From Candidatus Aenigmatarchaeota archaeon (lineage in GTDB: Archaea > Aenigmatarchaeota > Aenigmatarchaeia > Aenigmatarchaeales > JACQIB01): a stretch of DNA of 64,000 nucleotides. A program made the position numbers and the translations under genes. Below are positions 49,261 to 57,432 of the stretch, piece by piece (positions within the stretch are counted from its first letter, which is position 1; every line of letters begins with the position of its first letter). The notes below the pieces were generated by a model. It ran no database searches, was not told where the DNA came from, and was given only the letters and a program-made list of their open reading frames with translations. The stretch lies in NCBI GenBank assembly GCA_043799675.1, contig JAZDNN010000024.1:7418-71417 (forward strand). The letters run 5' to 3'.

Positions 49261-50127
49261 TTAGCTGCGCTCTCCGGAAACCGTTCCGGTAACTGAAAAC
49301 CCGTTACTGCCGCTATCCAAGTATGTCATCGTTACAGCGAGGGTATATGGATCTCCAACGTGGCCATTCACTCCCATGGTATTTGTGCCTGTCAGCCATA
49401 CCCTTTCCAGAGGGAATAAGTTCATGGGCACGTTCATGGATGGTATTTGTAAACCGTTGACGCTTACAGACGTAATGCTGATGGTATCGCCAACCCTGTC
49501 CTCCACCCACAATTTTAACGTACCATTTGCAGCGTAATCGACATCCAGCACACCTATGTTCGTGAAGCCGCTGATTGTCTTGGGAGTGCAGGTCTGTGAT
49601 TCCTGCGGTTTGCTTGTCGTTGTCCCGCAAGAATTCGTGTCAATGCATGTTCGCATCCGCGTTCCGCCGGCACCGCACGCGGACCATGCATCGCATTGCC
49701 AGTTAGGAGTACATGTACATGGTTGTGTTTCCAAAGGCCTGTCGCTAAACAGATTGCATCTGTTTGCATCCGTGCATACCCTGCTCTGATTTCCCGAATT
49801 ACTGCAATTGGTCCATGCACTGCACTGCCAGTCAGGCACGCAGGGTGGCGTGCAGAACTGGGTTTCAACAGGCTTGTTATAATTCACGCTGCAGGAATTC
49901 GCATCTATGCATGTCCTTGTCTGCGTTCCTGAAGCGGAGCATGCATTCCACGCCCCGCACTGCCAATCAGGCGTGCATACTGGGGGCATCAGAGGCCCAC
50001 TTGGCTTAATCAGGGATTGCACAATATACAACGATGCAAGCGCAACGATTATTACAGCCAGAACCAAGATAATGACGTTTTTCTTTTCGGATTTAGGCAC
50101 ACCTATTTTCTTTTCTGACTTAGGCAC
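49261..50127 (-). CDS. secreted Cys-rich repeat protein, paralog
   Basis: same repeat module. Confidence 0.55.
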   Translation of the reverse strand: MPKSEKKIGVPKSEKKNVIILVLAVIIVALASLYIVQSLIKPSGPLMPPVCTPDWQCGAWNACSASGTQTRTCIDANSCSVNYNKPVETQFCTPPCVPDWQCSAWTNCSNSGNQSRVCTDANRCNLFSDRPLETQPCTCTPNWQCDAWSACGAGGTRMRTCIDTNSCGTTTSKPQESQTCTPKTISGFTNIGVLDVDYAANGTLKLWVEDRVGDTISITSVSVNGLQIPSMNVPMNLFPLERVWLTGTNTMGVNGHVGDPYTLAVTMTYLDSGSNGFSVTGTVSGERS

Positions 50128-50210
50128 ACCAAAAATGACTATTACCGCTTAATAAAGATGAATTTTGGCTTTGCTGCTTGATTTATTAGCGGCGCAAACG
50201 ATTAGCTGGC

Positions 50211-51795
50211 ATGGAGCAGGAACCTGAAAAGCAGACAGGCAGTCTGCCGAAGGAAATCAAGAAAATCAGCGAGGTCGTCTGGGAACTGCCCACCAGCTAC
50301 AAGAAAGGCATGCGCGTGCCGGCAAGAATATATGCGACCAAGAAGCTGCTCGATGCGATGGACGCGGGAGTGTTCGAGCAGGTCACCAACGTCGCGACCC
50401 TGCCGGGAATCGTCAAGCATGCGTTCTGTATGCCGGATGGGCACTGGGGTATGGGTCAAGTCGCGGCTTGATTCACTCAAATATGGGTTCCCAATCGGCG
50501 GCGTGGCTGCATTCGACCCGAAGGTCGGCGTGATCAGCCCGGGCGGCATCGGGTTCGACATCAACTGCGGCATGAGGTTCGTCACTACCAACCTTACTGT
50601 CAAGGACGTCAAACCCAAGCTGAAAGAACTGGTGGATATCCTGTTCAGGACGGTTCCCGCGGGCGTGGGCGGGGAAGGGTTTGTAAAATTAAGCCGCAGC
50701 CAATTCGACGAAATAATGGTCCAAGGGGCCAATTGGGTCATCGAGCACGGCTACGGTTGGAAAGAGGACACGGAAAGAATAGAGGAGTACGGCTGCATCA
50801 AAGGTGCTGATCCGTCAAAGGTCAGCGACAAGGCAAGGACCAGAGGCATCACGCAGATGGGGACGCTCGGCTCAGGGAACCATTACCTGGAAATCCAGAC
50901 TGCCGAGAAAATTTTCCTTCCCGAAGTCGCAGAGGCATTCGGCGTGAACGAACAGGGGCAGATAGGGGTGATGGTGCACTGCGGCTCGAGGGGGTTCGGC
51001 CACCAAATCGGAACGGATTATCTCAGGATATTCGACATGGCAATGAAGAAGTACAACATCACGGTGCCTGACAGGGAGCTTGCCTGTGCGCCTTTTGCGA
51101 GCCAGGAAGGACAGGATTATTATCACGCGATGGCCTGCGCGGCAAACATGGCTTTTGCCAACAGGCAGGTGATTTTGCACAGGATACGCGAGGCTTTTGC
51201 AAAGGTGTTCAGGAAATCCCCCGAAGACATGGAAATGCACCTGGTGTACGATGTCGCGCACAACGTGGCCAAGGTGGAGAAACACCTGGTCGACGGTCAT
51301 GAAAAGGAACTGGTGATGCACCGGAAGGGGAGCACGCGCTGCTTCGGTCCGGGTAGGCCGGAGATTCCTGAAGCTTACCGCAAGGTCGGCCAGCCGGTGA
51401 TTGTGGGCGGCAGCATGGAAACGGGCAGCTTTTTGTGCGTGGGCACGGACAAGGCTCTGACAGAAACATGGGGAAGCACCATGCACGGCGCGGGCAGAAC
51501 CATGAGCAGGACTTCAGCGAGGAACCAGGGCTCGGGCTTGGCGTTGCAGAAGAAGATGGCCAAGGAAGGGATACTGGTGGAAGCCACGAGCATGAGCGGG
51601 CTTGCAGAGGAAGCGGGCTTTGCCTACAAGGACCTGAACGAAGTGGTCGAGACCATGGAAATCGCGGGCGTGAGCAGGAAGGTCGTTCTGCTGAGGCCTT
51701 TGGGTAATATTAAAGGCACCGCCCGGGCCTCATACAGCCTTTTAGCTTTCCCCATACTTGTCATGGTCTTGGCCTTGATTTCGTCCCTTATCTGA
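50211..51795 (+). CDS. rtcB: tRNA-splicing ligase RtcB, interrupted by a 31-nt frame-breaking insertion (candidate BHB mRNA intron about 50451-50481); C-terminus extended past the usual ...IKG end
   Basis: N-terminal ORF (50211-50471) ends ...AFCMPDGHWGMG*; second frame continues YGFPIGGVAAF...; deleting the 31 nt restores MPDGHWGYGFPIGGV. Confidence 0.8.
50451..50481 (+). other. 31-nt insertion in rtcB (candidate archaeal BHB-type mRNA intron, or pseudogenising indel)
   Basis: flanked by direct repeat TATGGG; exon UGGG (ending 2 nt before the junction) pairs with intron CUCA 2 nt before the 3' junction; internal hairpin UCAAG/CUUGA. Confidence 0.5.
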
Positions 51796-52859
51796 ACGAT
51801 AAGCGGTTCGACCTGTTTCCACCTCGTGATGTTCTTGCCGATTATTTCGAGAATCAATTCCTTTTTGGCCGTTTTCTCGGGATGCCTCAACGGCAGCAAT
51901 TCGAGCATCCGACGGACATCGGCCTTCCTGAAGATTTCTAAGGCGAAATAATCCTTGCTGTATCTTATACTGACCCCATGAGTGTCTCTGCCGTCCCCGC
52001 GCCTGAAAATCCTGTATAGAATTGGATTAAAGCCCTGTTCCCTTAGTTGCCGTTTTATCCTACCAAGCAAGGTTTTATTTTCGGTGCCTATCCGCATACA
52101 ACACTGCAAATTTTCCCTGATTTTCTTGACCAGAAGCGACCCTTCCGCATCGAAGTAGCCGGCCAGGAACGACAGGAAAACATTCCGTTCGGATTCGACC
52201 AACTCTGAAATCAATCGTTTCCTGTTTTCCAGCAAGAGGAAGTCGAAGCTGTTGTCGAGGTCTGCGGATGTCGTCCACATGTAATTTCCAAAAGTTCTGT
52301 TCTTCGCAGGATATGTCCTTACCTTCGCATATCCTTTGAACAGGCTCTCGAAGACATCCAGGAATCCTTCATGAGTCGTGTTGGTTATGGCCCGAATGGT
52401 ATGCTTCGATCTTCTGAAGGCTGTCACATCACCCTCCACGAAACCAACCATGTAAGCCTTTTCTTCATCCTTTCCATCAAAACTTTGCCGTTCATGTTTC
52501 CTGTTTGTCAGCAGGATAGCCTCATCGTTTCCACGCACCCGAAAGCCGTTTTCTTCCAGCACCTTATGCAACGTGCCTTTGGAAGAACCAAATTTCTTGG
52601 CCAGCTTTTTCAACGATATTTTCTCCGTGTCATAAAGTCTCAGAATTTCCGTCACAGGCAGGTGTTTCCTGTGAGACAACGAATGTGCCTGACTGAGATT
52701 CCTTATCGGTATGTCAAGTTTGATGAACCGTTTTCTTACGGCCGACCACGATATATCGTCTCCGAGCTTAACACTCAATATCGCCGCCACTTCTTTGAAC
52801 GTCTTACCGGACGAATAGAGACTCTCGGCTTCCTTCAGGAGTTCGCTGTTCAGCTTCAT
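51624..52859 (-). mobile_element. free-standing LAGLIDADG homing endonuclease gene (HTH N-terminus, two LAGLIDADG motifs)
   Basis: YMVGFVEGDVT and FLSFLAGYFDAEGSL; 3' end overlaps antisense to the extended 3' end of rtcB. Confidence 0.7.
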
Positions 52860-52914
52860 GGTCGTCTATTATATCCCGTTAGGCACTATAAATTGATATA
52901 TATTCTCGAGCACA

Positions 52915-53991
52915 CTAATCATGCAGAATACATCCAAAAATATTATTATACCTTCCAGCGAGCGCATTTCTCAACCTGAACGTGTCGCCCTGCGCCGCAT
53001 AGGCCATCCAGCCCTCAAGGCTTTTCGCAGCCTGTTCTGCCGAAATCTCACCGGATTCGTACTGCAGTCTGAGTGCCGTCATCCTTTTTTCGAGCTTCAG
53101 CAGGTTCCTCCTTTTTGGAATCCTGTAGTGGTAGAACACCCTGAAGCCGAGCAACGATATCCCCTTATGCAAAGGGTAGACCTGCGATTTTTCCTCATGC
53201 AACTCTAGCTTTAACCGTTGTTTGAGGAACCCGTTTATCCCGCTCCTGAACTGCATCAGCGCGGCCTCAGACCTGTCCAGAATCACGAAGTCATCTACAT
53301 ACCGGAGATAGAACCTTGCCTTAAGCACGTGCTTCACGAAATGGTCCAGCTCATTCAGGTAGACGTTCGCGAAGAACTGGCTCGTCTGATTGCCTATCGG
53401 CATCCCCTTCGGCAGGGCAGGGTCGTTGTTCGACAGGATTTTCCGTACCAGCCAGAGCACGCTTTCGTCCCTTATTTTTCTCCGTATGATGCCAATCAGG
53501 ACATCGTGGTCGACGCTCGGGAAATAGTGCCTTATGTCGGCCTTCAGTGCATAGCCGACCACCATGTTGTTGTCCTTCGCGCCGTGCACCAAACGGCCGT
53601 TCCCGGAAACCTTTCGCTTGAAGCAATCAAACCTGTCCAATGCTGCCAGGCCGCCCTTTCCCTTCCTGTTGGCGTAGCTGTCGTGGATGAACGTTTTGTC
53701 GAAAATCGGTTCGAGCACGTTGCATAACGCATGATGGACAACACGGTCCCTGAAATGCGAGGCATGAATTACCCGTGTCTTGGGGTCGCGGATGATGAAC
53801 CGTTTCAACGGGCGCGGCGAATACGTACGATTTTCAAGCTCAGTTTTCAAATCTGCCAATTCGCCATCAAGATTAGCTTCGAATCTTTTGACATACCATT
53901 TCTTCGACTTGCCCTTCCTCGCCTTTCTGAATGCCAGCAAAAGGTTCTCTGGCGAGCAGACCTTTCCGTAAAGGTTGTCAAATGTTTTCAA
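52915..53991 (-). CDS. diversity-generating retroelement reverse transcriptase
   Basis: RT motifs including the DGR-specific motif-4 IGNQTSQ (IGxxxSQ) and YVDD; about 358 aa, no maturase or endonuclease domain; TTG start. Confidence 0.85.
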   Translation of the reverse strand: MKTFDNLYGKVCSPENLLLAFRKARKGKSKKWYVKRFEANLDGELADLKTELENRTYSPRPLKRFIIRDPKTRVIHASHFRDRVVHHALCNVLEPIFDKTFIHDSYANRKGKGGLAALDRFDCFKRKVSGNGRLVHGAKDNNMVVGYALKADIRHYFPSVDHDVLIGIIRRKIRDESVLWLVRKILSNNDPALPKGMPIGNQTSQFFANVYLNELDHFVKHVLKARFYLRYVDDFVILDRSEAALMQFRSGINGFLKQRLKLELHEEKSQVYPLHKGISLLGFRVFYHYRIPKRRNLLKLEKRMTALRLQYESGEISAEQAAKSLEGWMAYAAQGDTFRLRNALAGRYNNIFGCILHD

Positions 53992-54021
53992 AAATATCCC
54001 CTATCGGCGGCCCGTGCTATT

Positions 54022-54196
54022 GGCGCAGACCCCGTTGTCATTCAGGCTTCCCGCCAAAAGGCAATGAGGAAGTTTCCTGTTCGAGGGCCTGTTCGCATTT
54101 ATGCCGGCGGAACGTTTCCTTCCAACCGTTCGCATTGAAGCACCCTTGACGGCCCGAAGGCTCTCGTCCGTGTTCCAATCCGACCTGACGGAAGGG
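54022..54196 (-). ncRNA. DGR template repeat (TR), 175 nt unspliced; carries three BHB introns (plus-strand 54146-54162, 54099-54129, 54041-54073); spliced length 94 nt
   Basis: homologous to the 3' ends of the three target genes; Asn-codon (AAC/AAT) rich; see findings. Confidence 0.75.
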
Positions 54197-54436
54197 TTTC
54201 GGTAGCCTCTCCACCGACATGACACCGCGGCTTCAATCTTCGGGAACCTACCAACTGAAACCGCTGAATTTAATGGCACAAGCATTCGGACGGCATGAAA
54301 TGCCATCGCACCATCTTGCGCTCTATGGAAAGGCGTATAGCGCGGGCCTTTGCCGGGAGAATGAAATACCCGCCCCCCGATTGGGAAGGAAAGAACTCTG
54401 TCATGCAAAAATTGAGGGACGAAACGATTTATGCGC

Positions 54437-55183
54437 CTATTTTGAGGTCTTAACCGCTTTTTTTGCGGCGCAGACCCCGAGGTCATGCCTGAGCGAGGGC
54501 CCGCCCGCATCCGCATCGAAGCACCCCCCGTCGGAGTGCCAAGTCGACCTGACGGAAGCCACTTCAACCGGGATTAAGGCTTCTGTTTCGATTTCTACTA
54601 TATCCAGTTTGTTGTCTTTCATCCTGTAAGAAGCCGCTTTCTGTTTGGCCAGCTTTTGGATGACCTCAAGATTATGATTCCAGTAATCGTCCATCGTTGC
54701 CTTGTATTCCTTGTCGGAATTCATCAGTTCAGCCGACTCCTGTGCCTTGAAGTGTCTTACTCCAAAGTCCAGCTTGAACTCCTCGGGTATTCTCTGATAG
54801 ACCAGTTCCTGGATTATCCTGTCCGCATTGGCGATGAACCCTTTGCGTTTATAGTCCCTGAACTTTCCTGCGTCCCCTTTGGCCATCAGGAGCGCATAGC
54901 CTTTCTTTTCAAGGTCCTTTTCCAGCCTCTTTCCGTCAATTATGGCCAATATTTCATCGACCTCTCCCAACCTTTCTTTTACAGAAAAATCATCATCAAA
55001 TATTACAGAGCCATTGTAAGCGGCCAGCTTCGAATCATACGCGCCTGCTGCACGCAGATAATCGAGAACACAGCCTTCAACAGTTACAGGCACGGCTTTT
55101 CCCGTGAACCTGAATTCCCCGTCGATAATCCTCACTTCAGGCTCGGGCATCACGACCGTTGTTATTTTGCTCATGATAATCAT
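54437..55183 (-). CDS. DGR target protein A (variable region at C-terminus, plus-strand about 54467-54560)
   Basis: C-terminal ...SVRSTWHSDGGCFDADAGGPSLRHDLGVCA aligns to the spliced TR with differences at TR adenines. Confidence 0.75.
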   Translation of the reverse strand: MIIMSKITTVVMPEPEVRIIDGEFRFTGKAVPVTVEGCVLDYLRAAGAYDSKLAAYNGSVIFDDDFSVKERLGEVDEILAIIDGKRLEKDLEKKGYALLMAKGDAGKFRDYKRKGFIANADRIIQELVYQRIPEEFKLDFGVRHFKAQESAELMNSDKEYKATMDDYWNHNLEVIQKLAKQKAASYRMKDNKLDIVEIETEALIPVEVASVRSTWHSDGGCFDADAGGPSLRHDLGVCAAKKAVKTSK

Positions 55184-55186
55184 TCT

Positions 55187-55912
55187 TCAGAAGTGCTTCT
55201 TCACGACTTCGAGGTCTTTCATCAAAGCGTCATATTTCTTTGACTTTTCCAGAAGCTCCCGGTATTCGCTCTCCGCGACCTCGCACATCTTCGGAAGCTC
55301 GGCCTTCTCGTCCGTTTTAAGGAGGGCGCAGACCCCGTCGTCAGCCCAGTGCGAGGGCCTGCCCGCAGTCGCATTGAAGCACCCCTCGCCCGTGGTCCAA
55401 GCCGACCTGACGGAAGCTTCACCGTTTTCAAACGAGATGCTTCCCCTCCAGACCTTCTTTTTCGGTTTCTTGAACAGCCCGGCATTCACGAGTGTATCAA
55501 AGACGTCCGATTTGCTTATCCCGGCCCTTGTTCTTTTGCCGTCATATTTGAGTTCACCGTTCACTTCCTTCACGACGGGGTCGGCTATTATCTCGCCCTT
55601 CTCAAGGGCGACTTCCCTGTTGTGCAACCAATAATCAATATTCATTTTCTTGAACGACTTGTCCTCGTGCACCAAATCGTAAGAAACCTGCAACGGCAGG
55701 AGCGTGTAGCGCTCGCCGACCTTCTTTGATACTTCCTGACCGAGAAGCGTCATCTGCCTGTGGTCGAGGTTCGCCACGAGGCCATTGCCTTTGTAGTCGT
55801 TGTGCCCTTCGGCAGGACTTCCCTTCCATTTCGGGAAATACACCGTTTCCTTGCCCGTGGGCGGCACTATCTTTCCCGCTATCTCATGGACGATTTCGGC
55901 CTGTGTTACCAT
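55187..55912 (-). CDS. DGR target protein B (VR plus-strand about 55325-55416)
   Basis: paralog of A; VR differs from the spliced TR only at adenines (11 of 11 differences). Confidence 0.75.
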   Translation of the reverse strand: MVTQAEIVHEIAGKIVPPTGKETVYFPKWKGSPAEGHNDYKGNGLVANLDHRQMTLLGQEVSKKVGERYTLLPLQVSYDLVHEDKSFKKMNIDYWLHNREVALEKGEIIADPVVKEVNGELKYDGKRTRAGISKSDVFDTLVNAGLFKKPKKKVWRGSISFENGEASVRSAWTTGEGCFNATAGRPSHWADDGVCALLKTDEKAELPKMCEVAESEYRELLEKSKKYDALMKDLEVVKKHF

Positions 55913-55972
55913 GAGGACAATACCACCGCAAAGGATTTAAGCGGAAGACTGAACGTAAACGGCTTGAACTAC

Positions 55973-56695
55973 TCAATCGCCGCATTCGTCCAAAGCCGCT
56001 TTCCTAAAATCCAACGATTTAGGAGGGTCCTTCAGAAACTGTTGATATTCGCTCTCCGCAATCTTGCGCACCTTCGGCTTCTCAACGGCCTTGCCCGTTT
56101 TCACGAAGGCGACAACCCCGCGGTCAGGCCCGGAGGAGGGCCAAGACGCACCCACAGCGAAGCACCCAAAACGGTTTCCCGACTTGACGGAAGAAATGCC
56201 GTCATTCTCGTAAATGATGCCCCAATCACAGACGTTGTGATTGAGCTGCTTGAACAGTTTTGCGCTGGCAAGCGTCTTTATCACGGACTCTGCGTCAATG
56301 TTCGCCTTTACGCTCCTGCAACCATCATTGAGCCTGAGCTCGCCGTCGACTTCGCTGACAATCGGGACGGAAATAACATCCCCGTTTCTCCGTATGACTT
56401 CCCTGTTGATTATCTTATAATCGGCCATCATTTTCTTGAAACTTCTGTCATTATGCACCAAATCATAACTCGTCTGAAACGGAAGTTCGGCATAACGCTC
56501 GCCCACTTTCTCGGATATCATCTGACCCAAGAACACGGACTGCCACTTATCGAGAGTCGCAACAAAACCCTTACCGTAACGATCGTTGCGTCCTTCTATC
56601 GGACTTCCCTTCCACTTCGGAAAATACGCCGTTTCCTTGCCGGTAGGCATCCTAATCTTGTCCAAAATTTCATAGACGATTTCAGCTTCACCCAT
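55973..56695 (-). CDS. DGR target protein C (VR plus-strand about 56108-56195; more diverged)
   Basis: paralog of B; VR-like C-terminus with adenine-site pattern plus extra divergence. Confidence 0.65.
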   Translation of the reverse strand: MGEAEIVYEILDKIRMPTGKETAYFPKWKGSPIEGRNDRYGKGFVATLDKWQSVFLGQMISEKVGERYAELPFQTSYDLVHNDRSFKKMMADYKIINREVIRRNGDVISVPIVSEVDGELRLNDGCRSVKANIDAESVIKTLASAKLFKQLNHNVCDWGIIYENDGISSVKSGNRFGCFAVGASWPSSGPDRGVVAFVKTGKAVEKPKVRKIAESEYQQFLKDPPKSLDFRKAALDECGD

Positions 56696-56771
56696 TATAA
56701 CTAACTAGTGGTGATAGTATTTAAGGTTTCTTTTTGGGCTGGTTTATAAACCTCGGAGCAGAAAGTGGCAC

Positions 56772-57056
56772 ATGCCAATCTCGGGAGCACCGTACACGCG
56801 GCAATGGGAGCACCACAAGGGGCGGGGACACGAATCCTCGGTCACATGCGGCTACTGCGGAAGGCTTGTGCCTCGGTACAAGACGTTCACCAAGTTCAGG
56901 GGCTTCAGAATCACCGATCCCACGATACTTCAGGCGGTGGACAGGCAGTTCATCCACACCTTCAGCCAGAAGATATACGTCTGCCCGAGCTGCGCGCGGT
57001 CCCACAAGATAGTGCAGAGAGGCAAAACGAAGCAGAAAAGCCACATGTTCAGATAG
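56772..57056 (+). CDS. rps26e: ribosomal protein S26e
   Basis: KGRGH..CGYCGRLVPR...CPSCAR pattern as in S26e. Confidence 0.65.
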   Translation: MPISGAPYTRQWEHHKGRGHESSVTCGYCGRLVPRYKTFTKFRGFRITDPTILQAVDRQFIHTFSQKIYVCPSCARSHKIVQRGKTKQKSHMFR

Positions 57057-57096
57057 GATTAAAAAGAACGGTTTCTATATACTGGAGCAGATAGAT

Positions 57097-57423
57097 ATGA
57101 AAGTCATCGAAATACAACCGACGACCATGGCGGAGGCCAAGGAGATAGTGCTCGCGAAGGAGAAGGACAAGGAGCTGGGCTACGAGCAGAAGCTCGCGGC
57201 GGAGCACCTGAAGAAGTTCACCAAGCTGAAGCGCGAGGATGCCAAGAAGTTCATGAACGAGCTGACTTCCGTGCTGAAGGCCTCGCCCGAGACGCTGGTG
57301 ACCATAGCGAACGTCCTCCCGCAAACCACCGATGAGGTACGGCTGATTTTTGCCAGAGAGAAGTTCAGCGTGAAGGAAGACGAGATTTCCAAGATACTGG
57401 AGATAGTCAAGAAGTTTGTTTGA
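57097..57423 (+). CDS. rpoF: RNA polymerase subunit Rpo4/F
   Basis: 108 aa helical protein at the head of the conserved rpoF-DUF655-ksgA cluster. Confidence 0.6.
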   Translation: MKVIEIQPTTMAEAKEIVLAKEKDKELGYEQKLAAEHLKKFTKLKREDAKKFMNELTSVLKASPETLVTIANVLPQTTDEVRLIFAREKFSVKEDEISKILEIVKKFV

Positions 57424-57432
57424 GGGTTTTCT

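Noticed and set aside
50451-50481. Treating the rtcB 31-nt insertion as a programmed frameshift site
   Set aside because: No slippery heptamer or pseudoknot is present. A precise 31-nt excision restores a universally conserved motif, which fits splicing or an indel better than frameshifting.
54022-54196. Copy 0 as a decayed fourth target gene (pseudogene) rather than the TR
   Set aside because: A pseudogene would not be expected to carry adenines or AAC codons at exactly the sites that vary among the three live genes. It would also not show three inserts each bounded by a canonical BHB motif whose removal restores frame and colinearity. It is kept as the alternative hypothesis in would_refute.
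52915-54430. Group II intron or retron interpretation of the RT plus upstream structured RNA
   Set aside because: The RT has the DGR-specific IGxxxSQ motif and no maturase or endonuclease domains. No domain V or VI-like sequence is seen. The upstream RNA is homologous to adjacent gene 3' ends, which fits a TR and VR arrangement and not an msr/msd or intron domains.
54001-54629. ORFs 54001-54567 (-) and 54219-54629 (+) spanning the non-coding gap between target A and the RT
   Set aside because: They are alternative-frame read-throughs of the TR and VR-homologous sequence (the same peptide artefact LPSGRLG...GASMR.RAGPR recurs at 55222-55485). The region is interpreted as the DGR template repeat RNA, not protein-coding.
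54020-56200. Repeated about 100-nt DNA motif occurring four times at about 700-nt spacing
   Set aside because: It is not a CRISPR array or MITE. The repeats are the in-frame 3' ends of paralogous genes plus the TR, with irregular spacing and no short regular spacers.
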